Shown here piece by piece: positions 25,350 through 39,494 of a stretch of DNA of 64,000 nucleotides; position 1 is the stretch's first letter, and each line of letters begins with the position of its first letter. Source of the DNA: Mustelus asterias (lineage: Eukaryota); NCBI RefSeq assembly GCF_964213995.1, contig NC_135802.1:39618001-39682000 (forward strand), given 5' to 3'. Both the position numbers and the translations under genes were made by a program. Below the pieces are notes generated by a model. That model saw only the letters and a list, made by a program, of their open reading frames with translations. It ran no database searches and was not told the DNA's origin.

Positions 25350-28300
25350 CGTAACTGCTGACAGGTTCTCCTGCCACCGACAGGACGGGAGGGTTTAAAC
25401 TAGTTTGGCAGCGGGGTGGGACTCAAAGCAGTAGGAGACAGAAGAGAAGGTTGAGGACAGCACGGAAGTTAAAGAGAGCACATTAAATAGTAAAGGCAGT
25501 GTCAGTAATCCTAGTACCGGACAGATCAAGCAAAAGCAGAGCAGAGAGCAAGAGAAGCAGAGAGCAAGAGAAGTCCAGATTAAACTGCATTTATTTCAAT
25601 GCAAGAGGCTTGATGGGCAAGGCAGATAAATTCAGTGCATGAATGTTTTCGTGGGACTGGGATATTATAGTAATTACTGAAACATGGCTAAGGGAGGACG
25701 GGACTGACAGCTCAATGTTCCAGGGTACAGATGCTATAGGAAAGATAGAACAGTAGGTGAGAGAGGAGGGGGAGTTGCACTTTTGGTTTGGGATATATCT
25801 GAGGGTTCGGCCACTGAGTCTATATGGGTAGAATTGAGAAATAAGAAGGGGGAAATCATTTTGATAGGGTTGTATTATAGGCCCCTAAATAGTCAGCAGG
25901 AAATTGAGGAGCAAATATATAAGGAGATTACAGCTAGCTCCAAGAAAAATAGGGTGGTATAGTAGGGGATTTTAACTTTCCCAACATTGACTGGGACAGC
26001 CATAGTAGTAGAGGGTTGGATGGAGGGAAATTTGTTGAGTGTATTCAGCAGGAATTTCTCATTCAGTATGTGGATGGCCTGACTAGAGAGAGGGCAAAAC
26101 TTGACCTCCTCTTGGGAAATAAGGAAGGGCAGGTGACAGAAGTGTTAGTGAGGGATCAGTTTGGGACCAGTGACCATAATTCTATTAGTTTTAAGATAGC
26201 TATGGAGAATGATAGGTCTGGCCCAAAAGTTAAGATTCTAAATTGGGGCATGGCCAATTTTGATGGTATCAGGCAGGAACTTTCAAAAGTTGACTGGGAG
26301 AGTCTGTGGGAAGGCGTAGGGACATCTGGTAAGTGGGAGGCTTTCAAAAGTGTGTTAATCAGGGTTCAGGGTAAGTACATTCCTCTTAGAGTGAAGGGCA
26401 AGGCTGGTAGAAGTAGGGAACCCTGGGTGACTCGGGGATATTGAGGCCCTGGTCAAGAAGAAGGAGGCATATGACATGCATAGGCAGCTGGGATCAAGTG
26501 AATCCCTTGAAGAGTATAGGGGTGTAGGAGAAGAGTTAAGAGAGAAATCAGGAGGGCAAAAAGGGACACAAGATTGTTTTGGCAGATAAGGCAAAGGAGA
26601 ATCCAAAGAGCTTCTACAAATACATAAAAGCCAAAAGAGTAACTAGGGAGAGAGTAGGGCCTCTTAAGGATCAACAAGGTCATCTATGTGCGGATCCACA
26701 AGAGATGGATGAGATCCTAAATGAATATTTCTCATCAGGATTTACTGTTGAGAAAAGCATGGATGTGAGGGAACTTGGGGAAATAAATAGTGATGTCTTG
26801 AGGAGTGTACATATTACAGAGAAGGAGGTGCTGGAAGTCTTAAAGCGCATCAAGGTAGATAAATCCCCGGGACCTGATGAAGTAATCCCAGGACATTGTG
26901 GGAGGCTAGGGAGGAAATTGCGGGTTCCCTAGCAGAGATATTTGTATCATCGATAGTCATAGATGAGGTGCCTGAAGATTGGAGTGTGGCAAATGTTGTG
27001 CCTTTGTTTAAAAAGGGTTGCAAGGAAAAGCCTGGGAACTACAGGCCGGTGAGCCTCACATCTGTGGTGGATAAGTTGTTGGAAGGTATTTTGAGAGACA
27101 GGATCTACAGACATTTAGAGAGGCAAGGACTGATTAGGGACAGTCAGCAAGGCTTTGTGAGTGAAAAATCATGTCTCTCAAATTTGATTGAGTTTTTTTG
27201 AAGGGGTAACCAAGAAGGTAGATGAGGGCAGTGCAGTTGATGTTGTCTATATGGACTTTAGCAAGGCATTTGACAAGATACTGCATAGTAGGTTGTTGTA
27301 CAAGGTTAAATCTCACAGGGTGCAGGGTGAGGGAGCTAAACGGATACAAAATTGGCTTGATGACAGAAGGCAGAGGGTGGTTGTAGAGAGTTGTTTTTCT
27401 AACTGGAGGCCTGTGACTAGCGGTGTGCCTCAGGGATCAGTGCTGGGTCCACTGTTATTTGTCATTTATATTAATGATTTGGATGAGAATATAGGAGACA
27501 TGGTTAGTAAGTTTGCAGATGACACCAAGATTGGTGGCATAGTGGACAGTGAAGAAGGTTATCTCGGATTGCAAAGGGACCTTGATCAGTTGGGCCAGTG
27601 GGCTGACAAATGGTAGATGAAGTTTAATTTAGATAAATGCGAGGTGATGCATTTTGGTAGATTGAACCAGGGCAGGACTTACTCAGTTAATGGTAGGACA
27701 TTGGGGAGAGTTACAGAACGAAGAGATCTCGGGATACAGGTTCATAGCTCCTTGAAAGTGGAGTCACAGGTGGACAGAGTGGTGAAGAAGGCATTCAGCA
27801 TGCTTGGTTTCATTGGTCAGAACATTGAATACAGGAGTTGGGATGTCTTGTTGAAGTTGTACAAGACATTGGCAAGGCCACACTTGGAATACTGTGTACA
27901 GTTCTGGCCACCGTATTATAGAAAGGATGCTATTAAACTAGAAAGAGTGCAGAAGAGATTTACTAGGATGCTACCAGGACTTGATGGTTTGAGTTATAAG
28001 GAGAGGCTGGATAGGCCGAGACTTTTTTCTCTGGAGCGTAGAAGGCTGAGCGGTGATCTTGTAGAGGTCTATAAAATAATGAGGGGCATAGATCAGCTAG
28101 ATAGTCAATATCTTTTCCCAAAAGTAGGGGAGTCTAAAACTAGAGGGCATGGGTTTAAGGTGAGAGGGGAGAGATACAGAAGTGTCCAGAGTGGCAATTT
28201 TTTCACACAGAGGGTGGTGAATGTCTGGAACAAGCTGCCAGAGGTAGTAGTAGAGGTGGGTACAATTTTGGCTTTTAAAAAGCATTTAGACAGTTACATG

Positions 28301-28436
28301 GGTAAAATGGGTATAGAGGGGAGGGATATGGGCCAAATGCAGGCAATTGGGACTAGCTTAGGGAGTAAAAAAAAGGACGACATAGACAAGTTGGGCCGAA
28401 GGGCCTGTTTCCATGCTGTAAACCTCTATGACTCTA
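25350..28436 (+). mobile_element. CR1 with near-complete decayed ORF2 (APE + RT) and 3' UTR
   Basis: YFNARGL, GDFNFP and SDHN APE motifs. RT ORFs 26896-28474 contain stops and frameshifts. The tail is ctctatgactcta. Confidence 0.92.
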
Positions 28437-30505
28437 AATTCCACCAACCGTGTGGGGAACCGTCGGTCAGCTGAGAATTTTCACAAATGACCCAAATCAT
28501 GGCCAGAGGCAGGGCTTGCTATCCTACTAAGGACATGTTGTGCTTTTAAAGCTGGTGGGCCTATGGGAGGCTCTCCAGCACCAAAAAAGTGACAGGCTGC
28601 CTTTCATAGTAGCTGAGGTGGAAGGCATCCCAAGATGGAGGTGCTCCTCTTCAACTGTGTGAAATTTAAATTAGAAAATAATCTCAGTGGCTGGGATTGG
28701 GGGAGGGGATCCTGTGGCCTGCAGCTATAGTTGAAGCTGGAAAGGCATGTGCTCCCCCACCCTTCCCACTGTCAGTCACCAGCTACCCTCTTCCCCATTG
28801 CATCCAGGGTTCTGGAAGCTGACTGGATTCCAGCAATAGGTTTTAATTAAGCTTTTAAACAGTTGAATTGGTTCCAACAACACTCAAGAAGCTCAACACC
28901 TTCCAGAGCGAAGCAGTCCACTTGATCGGCACCCCATCCACCAACCTAGACATTCACTCCTTCCATCACTGATGCATAGTGGCAGCTGTACTATAAACAA
29001 CATGCTCTGCAACAACTCACCAAGACTCATTCGATAACATCTTTCAAACTCACGACCTTTACCACCTAAGAGGACAAGGACAGCAAGCTACACAGCATCT
29101 TGAATTGGAACCATATCACCATTCCTTCACTGTAATTGGACCAAAATTCTGGAATTCCCTTCCACATGGACCACAGTGGTTCACAAAGCAGTTCACCACC
29201 ACCTTCTCGAAGTATGGGCAATTAATGATGTCCTCGCCTGTGACACACCAATCCCATAAAATATTTTTTAAAAAACATCCATCTGTAGGCAGGTAGTCCT
29301 GCCAGACCCCAATCCTATTTCCAGGAAAATAACTTGGGGTGGCATGGAGACAGAGAACAGGCATGCCATCTGACGCCGCAAATTTTGACACCTTCCCACC
29401 TCATGCCCCTGTTCCCATAAGACCTAAAAATTAAGATCTTTGGGTTGTGCAGCTGGAGACAAATTGCTGTTCTACCACTGATATTCTAAACTGAAAGGTA
29501 AGCACAGAGCGTAGTTTATCTGTACCTCTTAAAGATCAGATATCTGAGTACTTCGTTCATACTTGTGAGTGTAAACCACCCTAATCCAGCAGAACCCAGA
29601 CATCTCTTGTCAAATATAATCTGGCTACAGGAGTTGGCATACATAAGGGTGGAAAGTTTTAGAGTATCATAGCACAAAAATAGTTGAGTCCTGTAGTCCC
29701 TCAAAATGAATGTAATGAAAATAACAGGTTTGAGAAAACAGAAATAAGAATAGCTGGTCAAAGAATGAGGGGAAGTGAGGATTATTAGAGACTGCGTCAC
29801 CCTCAGCTACCATCGTAATATTGGTCCAGATTTTGCAGTCAGCGGTGAAGTGACAGAACTTGTCTCTCACCTTGAAGAAAGCTGTCTATATGATCTAGCT
29901 ATCTCTCTGGTGTGAATTTCCTTTTTCCTATATAGATTTGAATTTGGCGGCAAGTCGAGGGAATCTCCAGGATCCAGCAACAGTGATGCCATCAAGCAGG
30001 ATGAGCAGCGAATCACATTGAAGAATTCTCTCGGGCAAACCAGGAAGTAAAAAGCCATGATTAGGCCATACACATTAGAAGCTGAAATATCAAACTTTTT
30101 TGAACAAATGAAATTTGAAATTCTTAGCAGCATGTAAAAATTTGGAATTACAAAAACATAAAGCTATGTTTCCAGAGTTGTCCTTCAGTAGTAGTTAAGA
30201 CTGAAAGTTCTCATCAGTGTGGTGATTTCTATTGTAGTCTGCAAGGGTACAGCTTGTTCTACAGAGAAGTGCAGAATTACTGACAAAAACTTCTGAATTT
30301 AACAGTGCATGTGTGGATTCTGCAAATTGTGGTCAGTTTCAGAGGGGAAGCAATGGCAAACACTGACAATTACAACTTTCTCCCAGCATTCTGGGTGGCA
30401 TGGTAGTCATGATGTGGAGATGCCGGCGTTGGACTGGGGTAAACACAGTAAGAAGTTTAACAACACCAGGTTAAAGTCCAACAGGTTTATTTGGTAGCAA
30501 AAGCC

Positions 30506-30544
30506 ACACAAGCTTTCGAGGCTCTGAGCCCCTTCTTCAGGTGA
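30506..30544 (-). ncRNA. Minimal hammerhead ribozyme (A-type) in the PLE pLTR
   Basis: The - strand reads UCAC-CUGAAGA-A-GGGGC/UCAGA/GCCUC-GAAAGCUU-GUG. Confidence 0.75.
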
Positions 30545-30825
30545 GTGGGAATTCTGTTCACAAACAGAACTTATAAGACACAGACTCAATTTACATGAAT
30601 AATGGTTGGAATGCGAATACTTACAACTAATCCAGTCTTTAAGAAACAAAACAATGGGAGTGGAGAGAGCATCAAGACAGGCTAAAAAGATGTGTATTGT
30701 CTCCAGACAAGACAGCCAGTGAAACTCTGCAGGTCCACGCAACTGTGGGAGTTACAAATAGTGTGACATAAATTCTGATTCTAGGATCGCATGATAAAGA
30801 CTCAGGAGGAAAAAAGCAGAAATAT

Positions 30826-32759
30826 TTATGTGAAATAGTGTGACATAAACCCAATATCCCGGTTGAGGCCGTCCTTGTGTGTGCGGAACCTGGCTATCAG
30901 TTTCTGCTCCGCGACTCTGCGCTGTCGTGTGTCGCGAAGGCCGCCTTGGAGAACGCTTACCCGAATATCAGAGGCCGAATGCCCGTGACCGCTGAAGTGC
31001 TCCCCAACAGGAAGAGAACAGTCTTGCCTGGTGATTGTCGAGCGGTGTTCATTCATCCGTTGTCGCAGCGTCTGCATGGTCTCCCCAATGTACCATGCCT
31101 CGGGACATCCTTTCTTGCAGCGTATCAGGTAGACAACGTTGGCCGAGTTGCAAGAGTATGTACCGTGTACCTGGTGGATGGTGTTCTCACGTGAGATGAT
31201 GGCATCTGTGTCGATGATCCGGCACGTCTTGCAGAGGTTGCTGTGGCAGGGTTGTGTGGTGTCTTGGTCACTGTTCTCCTGAAGGCTGGGTAGTTTGCTG
31301 CGGACAATGGTCTGTTTGAGGTTGTGCGGTTGTTTGAAGGCAAGAAGTGGGGGTGTGGGGATGGCCTTGGCGAGATGTTCGTCTTCATCAATGACATGTT
31401 GAAGGCTCTGGAGGAGATGCCGTAGCTTCTCCGCTCCGGGGAAGTACTGGACAACGAAGGGTACTCTGTCCACTGTGTCCCGTGTTTGTCTTCTGAGGAG
31501 GTCGGTGCGGTTTTTCGCTGTGGCGCGTTGGAACTGTTGATCAATGAGTCTAGCGCCATATCCTGTTCTTATGAGGGCATCTTTCAGCGTCTGGAGGTGT
31601 CTGTTGCGATCCTCCTCATCCGAGCAGATCCTGTGTATACGGAGGGCTTGTCCGTAGGGGATGGCTTCTTTAACGTGTTTAGGGTGGAAGCTGGAGAAGT
31701 GGAGCATCGTGAGGTTATCCGTGGGCTTGCGGTACAGTGAGGTGCTGAGGTGACCGTCCTTAATGGAGATGCGCGTGTCCAAGAATGCAACCGATTCCGG
31801 AGAGTAGTCTATGGTGAGCCTGATGGTGGGATGGAACTTGTTGATGTCATCATAGAGTTGTTTCAGTGATTGTTCACCATGAGTCCAAAGGAAGAAAATG
31901 TCATCGATGTATCTAGTGTATAGCACCGGTTGAAGGTCTCGTGCGGTGAAGAAGTCTTGTTCGAACCTGTGCATGAAGATGTTGGCATATTGAGGTGCAA
32001 ATTTGGTCCCCATGGCTGTTCCGTGTGTCTGGATGAAGAACTGGTTGTTGAAGGTGAAGATATTGTGGTCCAGGATGAAGCGGATGAGATGTAAAATTGC
32101 ATCTGGAAACTGGCAGTTGTTGGCGCTGAGCACTGAGGCCGTTGCAGCAATGCCATCGTCATGGGGGATGCTGGTGTAGAGTGCTGAGACATCCATTGTG
32201 ACGAGGAGCGCTCCTGGTTCAACTGCTCCATGTGTGCCGAGTTTCTGTAGGAAGTCCGTCGTGTCGCGACAAAAGCTGGGGGTTCTTTGTACAATGGGTT
32301 TCAGGATGCCCTCGACATAGCCGGAGAGGTTCTCGCACAGGGTCCCATTGCCCGATACGATGGGACGGCCGGGTGTGTTTGCCTTGTGTATCTTCGGGAG
32401 GCAGTAGAGATCTCCAACGCGGGGAGTACGTGGGATGAGAGCACGGAGGGTGTTCTGAAGGTCCGGATCAAAGGTCTTGATCAGAGTGTTGAGTTGACGG
32501 GTGTGTTCTTTGGTCGGATCTGCAGGTAACTGTCTGTAGTGTTCCTCGTTGTTGAGTTGTCGGTACACTTCTTTGCAGTAATCCGTTCTGTTCAGTATGA
32601 CGATGGCCCCTCCTTTGTCTGCTGGTTTGATGACAATGTTGCGGTTGGTCTTGAGAGCGTGGATGGCATTACGTTGTGCTTGGGTGATGTTCGGGGCTGT
32701 CTTGTGAGTGCGGCTGATGAATTTGGTGTTGACGCACCTCCTGACGGCTTGGGCATACA
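30826..32759 (-). CDS. PLE polyprotein, N-terminally truncated: reverse transcriptase + Cys-rich linker + GIY-YIG endonuclease
   Basis: IKPADKGG, LPKIHK, GRPIVS, DVSALYTSI, GTAMG and RYIDD RT motifs; linker PCHSNLCKTC; VVYLIRC..C...YIGET and R..EH. No internal stops. The listed N-terminus MPTTVPTTV is read from SINE sequence. Confidence 0.93.
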
Positions 32760-34248
32760 CAGTGGTTGGCACAGTGGTTGGCACTGCTGCCTCACAGCAC
32801 CGGATTCAATTCCGGCCTTGGGTCACTGTCTGTAGGGAGTTTGTACATTCACCCTGTGTCTGCATGGGTTTCCTCTGGGTGCTCCGGTTTCCTCCTATAG
32901 TCCAAAGATGTGCGAGTAAGTTGATTGGCCATGCTAAATTTACCCTAGTGTCAGGGGATTAGCAAGGTAAATATGTGGGGTTACAAGAATATGGCCTGGG
33001 TCGGATTATGGTTGGCGCACACACAATGGGCCGAATGGCCTCCTCCTGCACTGTAGGGATTCTATGATTCTTCTATGATTGCTATTAAAAACCTGGGCCA
33101 TTGTCAAACAGGTTTATTCAAATCATTTACATTGCATTGAATGTTGCAGTTGAAAACCTATATCTACAAGGTGGAAGGAATGTGAAGAGACACAAAAACC
33201 ATGACATAACATCTGGCAGTGGCTCAGTATTGAAACTTTCTGGAATACTGTTTTGACTGAGCAGGGTGACAAGATAAGCACTACCATTGTCGCAGACTAA
33301 GCCAGATGCATCCCAGGCCTTACTTCTGGAATGTTACTCAACCACTTATGAAGGAAGCTGATAAATTTATGTGTGAAGTCTGACACTATATTCTCTTTCC
33401 TTAACGCCAGATGTTTTTGGTAGGAATTAGGGCATGCCTCCAAAATGTGGGAGGCAGTTACTTCAAAATAGGTTCTGAGTGCAGTTGACAGGTGCTAAAC
33501 CTTCAACAACTTGGGATTATTTTCTTGAGCAAAATTTAACCTGAGGATGCTTTGGCGCATCATTGTCAAAAATCAGTGTCTCGCTTCTTGAATAGCTTCC
33601 TTAAACATTTGTCTGTGATAGCAAATAACCAGCACTGAAACCATCTGTTGTAAACTCTCTGCTACATGCTATTCTTTTATTTACAGCTGGATGCTACTGA
33701 TGGTAAAGTACAATCTTTTGGCTATTCTACATTCTAGGAATTAAAATATTTAATAAACAATGATTCAGGTGAAAATCCTTTACATTTTTGCAAGAACCAC
33801 AGTGATTTGGGGTGTGGAGAGAGGGAGTGTTGGGGTGGAAAAAAGAGAGAGGGGATAACTTGTGAGCTAGTACCAGAATAAAATGGCTGGATTGTTGGAA
33901 AAACCTAACTGGCTCTCTCATATTTCAGAAAAGAGAAGTTTACACCCTTATCTGGTCTGACTCTAGTTACATAATATGTAGTCCATCTAATTAGTACCCT
34001 CTGGAGTTACCCTCATTACCTTCTCTGCAGAACAAGGGAAGTGCAATACATGCAGTCTTGTCAACATCACCCACAAATAAACAATAACATTCTGTGAAGC
34101 ACTATGAATCACTAAGAGGGGACCAAGTCACAGCAGTTGTATAACGTGTTTATTGATAGCACGTTAGAGGTAAATTTAACTTTTCAATATGATTTTGAAC
34201 TTGATACGCTAAGAAAAAAAATAACGTTACACTACTTAAATGTTTCAG

Positions 34249-34392
34249 ACAATAAAACATCTGAGGACATTGGAATTTAAACCATATGTGATATTCATCA
34301 AGCCACCATCACTTGAACGCCTCAGAGAAACCAGAAAGAATGCAAAAATCATTTCAAGCAAAGATGACAAAGGTTCTGCCAAACCATTCACG
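34249..34392 (+). CDS. MPP7: MPP7-like exon ([48 protein letters not shown])
   Basis: tttcag acceptor, gtatgt donor, 144 nt, phase 0/0. Contained in ORF 34240..34452. Confidence 0.92.
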
Positions 34393-35179
34393 GTATGTTT
34401 TGCAGTTTATATAGACTGTAAAACTTTTTGTACTCAAAACTGTTTTGGATGAGTATAACATTTTAATTACTATTTATCTGTTTTGGGTAAATATGGGATA
34501 ATGGAAATTATGCTGCTGTGGATATGTAGATCTCCCACTAAACAATGAATCCGTACTCTCAACGTAAAGAGTCTACATCAGTGAATGATTTTACATTTTT
34601 GAAGTTATCTTTATGATGTGTGTGGTTGGACTAGTAGCAGACTTATGGCCAGTCTACAGAGGAATGGTTCCCATTAGATTCTTAACAACCATCGTTCAGT
34701 GGGATGTCTGCTTGAGTTGTGCTAGAACATAATTTCCAGAAGTAAAAGCCATTTGTGTATCAATTTTCTAATGCTTCAGGGTTTCTTGGACAATAGAAAA
34801 ATGTAAAATTCTCACTGGTGGAATATGAAACTACTTGAAACAAACAGACAGAATTGCATTCTGACTTATTTTAGATTAGCAAGGCAATAGATCTAGGATC
34901 TAATCTTTCTGGGGCTAAATATCTGGGGCAAATTCACAATGCACAGCATTATTAATGTGCAAATCAACCAGCACGTTTAGGGGAAGAAGACCTATGACAT
35001 CATCTTCTTGAGAACAATTAGAAATGGGCAAGAAATGTTGGCCTTTCCACTGATGCCTATATCTTAGGAACAAATAAAATCCGTAAATTGCTGATCAATT
35101 TACAGTGCTCCATTGTTTGTTTTGCATTATAGCAGCTCACCCTCAACTTTTCGAGAGATTGAGTTGATTCGAATTATAT

Positions 35180-35600
35180 TTGCTGGAGTTCAAAAGAATG
35201 AGAGGAATCTCATAGAAACCTGTAAAATTCTAATAGGACTGGACAGGGTAGATGCAGGAAGAATGTTCCCAATGGTAGTGGGGGTGGTGGGGGGCGGGGG
35301 GGGGGGGGGGGGGGGGGTTGTCCAGAACCAGGGGCCATCGTCTGAAGATGTGGGAGAATTTCTTCATCCAGAGGTTGGTAAGTCTGATGAATTTTCTGCC
35401 ACAGAAAACAGTTGAGGCCAAAACATTGCATGTTTTCAAGGAGGAGTTTGATAAAGTTCTTGGGGCAACATGGGTCAAAGGAAATGAGGGGAAGGCAGGA
35501 TCAGGCTATTTTGGTGGATGATTGGCCGTGATCATAATGAATAACTGAGTAGGCTCGAAGGGCCAAATGGCCTACTCCTGCTCCTATTTTCTATTTTCCT
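35180..35600 (+). mobile_element. CR1 3' fragment
   Basis: NLIETCKILIGLDRVDAGRMFP and SRTRGHRL peptides, tail ggcctactcctgctcctattttcta. Confidence 0.75.
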
Positions 35601-38600
35601 CCATTACTTTTAAGAACCTGGTGGATTTACATATTAATTGCCCATTAAACTTCCCGCAGAAAGTTAGAGCTATTGTAGAAGAGCTTAAAGTACCCTTTAA
35701 ACTTTGTGATAATTAATATAATGTCAATCAACCTCGAGCTCAAAAAAAAGCCAATTGAATCTCATTCCAACACGTATTAAATTATTTTTGGAGATTTTTA
35801 GTATCAATTTTTTTTCTAACTTTTCCTCTTTCTCTTTCCTCTCCCACTTAGTTAGACTCTAATTCACCTTATTTCCTTCTCCATCATTTCTCTGCATTTT
35901 TCTTAATCCCAAATCTCAGTGGTTAAGGAAATGAACTGTTGTTTCTGTTCACTAAGTCCCAGATTTCCCCATTGCCTCCATTTGGATGTTTTCAGCTCAT
36001 AATTCCAGGAATTTATAGTGTAAATTATATTTGAGCAGAACTGTGCAGGAAAATATCTAACCAATGGCTCATGTTGCTGTTCCAGTAAGATTTGATACAC
36101 AAATTTCATACCAGAAAGTGGATCCTGCATTAAACACCAGAATTCAGAAGCTGATTAGCCTACACCTATATCCCTATTTGGATTGAGGGCGCAATTTTCC
36201 TATTTAAGAAAAAAATTCTAAATGTGGTCTCCAGAGGGAAATGCGGTGCAGTTCCAGCTGGGAGGGACATTGGGATCCCGATCGCAATTCACCCACACTT
36301 AAACATTCTTTTGGAGGTGGGGGTGATTTGTGCGAAGTGATTTGAACGAGAACGGGACCAAAGGATACCAGCAAGATAGCCTCCTCAGAGATCAGGGTGC
36401 CTTTTTTAAAGTAATGTTGAAGGTCTTCTCCCCCACTCTTGACCACAGAGGGGCAATGCACCCCCCATCACTAAATGCCCAAGTCACCCCGACCCCCAAC
36501 CACACATCCTTGTCAGTATGTCACTCCCACCCCAAATCACCAGCATCAGGCCTCCATGCCCCCTTTCACCTCCCACCACCCAGTAAGCAATACCCCACTG
36601 TGGAGTCGATTAAGACCCCACGCCTTTCAGTCACCTTCTTCAGGCCCCACTCCCCGGCAATGCCAAGTTGGCATGTCCATGTCAGCAGTGCCAGGGCACC
36701 AAGGGGCAGTGCGTGGGCTCTTTCCAGCCATGCCCTTAACCACCCAGGGGCTTTAATGGGTTCCAAAACCCTCCCCCATCATGGTTATGACATCTGGTCT
36801 CCATTCAAGTTGCATCAGTGGGGGTGAGAATTGAAGGGGCCTTGAATTCAGCTTAAACCAAATCTGAATATGTTAATGAAAATTAAAATATGCTAATTTA
36901 GTTCCTAACCTCCTTAGGCATGATCCAGATTATGTTGCCGGCCGGAGGTGGGGGGATCGCAAACTGAGTTCTCACCAGTGCAAATCGTATTATGGCCCTC
37001 TTTTAAGAGTCTGCCCCAAATTTTTTTCATTGCAGAAGATGCGTTTTCTTCTGCTTTCATGGGATGTGAGCATCATTGACAAGGTGATTTACATCAACAG
37101 TATGTTAGGAAGGGCAAAATGTCTTGGAAGTGGGAGGTTACTTTTCCTACTGTAATTTTACCAGCAGTATGATAAACTATTTCCAAAAAGTTTGAATAAT
37201 TGAATATGTTACATTTCCTCTGAGGCACAGAATCAAACCCAATCGACATTAATGGGACAAAAATCATTTCTTGTAGGCAAAGGACCATTGTCTAATTGAT
37301 GTAATAGTTTGGCACTCACTGGCACTAAATTAGCAGTCTCAATCAGGAAGATCACAAAGGTGGTCAATATGTGAAATGAACACATCATAATGGGTACATT
37401 CAAGAATGTTCCTCAGAACATGGCATTGAAGAGTGTTGTCTGAAATTACAGATAGGATTTCTATTCCATCTGTATATATTAAATGATTGGTAATGAATCT
37501 GGCCTGAAGAATATTCATAAAGCTCTCTTTGTAAAACCCACATTTCGACTTGCAAGCCATATTAGTATTTTTAAGTTTTCTAATGTCTATTTTTGTTATC
37601 TTTCTATTTTCTACACCTTGTCTTGACTTCCAGAGTTAGGTGGTTCTCTTGTGATCAAATATGATGAAATTTTAATACTTGTGTTCTATATCGCTACCCT
37701 TTCAACAATTTAGTGAACTGGCCTTTTCTGTACTTTAAACCTGAAAGTGCACTGACAATGACAGTTTATTTTTATTCCAAATGAGCAGACCTCACATGAC
37801 TTTCTTATGGTGAGACCAATTGCATAATCTTTTATAACTGTAAGGATGCTTATACTGTGTAGGAAAAATGTCAAGGCCACTTACAGCAATTGAGTAAGTC
37901 CAGTTGCAGTGCTGTCTTTGGATTTTTGCAAGTGTTTTCAGGATTGAACATAGTCTGTTCGTTATTCAGGGAAAATTGTAAGTTTATCTACTTCCCAATC
38001 TATCTCCATTTCTGTGTACTTCCTGATCTTATGCTCTATCATTTGTTGAAAATTGCACATATGCGGATATCAGATGATGATAGGAATGTGTTCAGCAGTG
38101 GTACCTTTCTTCATTTTCTCCCTTCATTTAAATGGTTGACTGACGGTATTTGATTTATATGAAAAAAGGCATCACAGTGGTGCCCTTGGAAAAGCAGCCC
38201 CAGGATTATCACATAGGATGGGATAGGAAAATAATTTATCATCTGCTTTCAGACTTCAGTATCAATTTCACCATACATTAGCTAAGCAACATGGTGAGTG
38301 AAGAAATTTTAATTTCCTGGATGACGAGATCATTTTCAGACTTGTTCACAGACCAGATAAGGTGCCTTTAAGATAAACAAGTTATATCATTTTATGTACC
38401 ACAGTTTAGTATTTCATTCATTAGTAGAATGAAATTAGTATTTCATTCATTTGCCTTTGGCAAAATAGTGATTGGAATTAAGAAAATGCTGCTATCCTGT
38501 TGAAGAAAATGGACAGTTCCAACCAGAAGCAACAGGTCGAACATACCATTCCTTGGTATCTCTTGACATAGATGTTGCTCTATTAATTTGTTCTTTGATT

Positions 38601-39494
38601 AAAAACCATTGCTGACTGCTTAAAAAAATAAACTGTCAGTAACCAATGTTTAAAATACATGTACAACACCCACACACAGGCAGGGTTTATAGTAACAGCT
38701 TTCTCGTGACACAGGAAATCAGCAGAAATAATCATTCAAGAATTTTTGGATATTATCCAGTTTTTATAAACCTTTCAGTGTTGTAACACATTTCTGGCTA
38801 CCAATAGGCTTGACCAGTTATGCAAGCAGAGGGGGGAAAAATGTGAAAATACACTTTTGATGTTAACACCTGGAGTTGTGGGTAAAGATAATGTAAATCT
38901 GTCTACAGAGATTTGGGATCCCAGGTTATTAAGTAAAAGATTTTACTTGCATTGTACAAACAAGAAATAGAATAAGTACCATGGTTCTTGCAGGTTTGCA
39001 GCATGCAAACAATACACTATATTCCTCATTTTTGTGTTGTTCCATGTTTGTGTTGTGATGATATGGAAAAGAGAGAACTCGTACTGAGATGCTTCCAACA
39101 TAATTTTATGTATTTGGACCTTGTCCCTCTCTCGTCTATTCATCACACATTCCAATACCAGGCGGAGTGTAACATTGTTAGTGATCATGAATTCCTGATA
39201 TTGGTATAATTTTTGTTACTGAATTGCTTGTCACGTGGTGAGTGGCCATCAATCATAGTCTTCAGATGAAGCAAGATTAGAGGGCAAGGGTTGATTGAAT
39301 CAGATCATGCAAATGTGTGATTTTTAATTAGATTTTTAAAAATACACTTTTTATTCATTCTATGAAATATGGACATCATTGACAAGGCCATTTATGTCCT
39401 TCAGAAGATGGTGGTGAGCCACATTCTTGAACTAGTGCAGTCAGTGTTTACATGGGTACATCCACCATAGTAATTAGGTGAAGAGTTCCGGGAT

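Larger units (their letters stand above)
30407..32759 (-). mobile_element. 5'-truncated Penelope-like retroelement (Neptune-type) with 3' pLTR and tail
   Basis: Long open RT + GIY-YIG frame, followed on the - strand by 3' UTR, hammerhead, AATAAA and tail. Confidence 0.95.
30393..33079 (+). mobile_element. V-SINE split by the PLE (30393-30406 and ~32758-33079)
   Basis: gggtggcatggtag | cacagtggttggcactgctgcc rejoins into the SINE head seen at 8666. The V-domain and tail follow. Confidence 0.85.

Noticed and set aside
32760-32784. MPTTVPTTV N-terminus of the 652-aa PLE ORF
   Set aside because: Read from the antisense SINE head and its 12-bp tandem duplication. The element is 5'-truncated.
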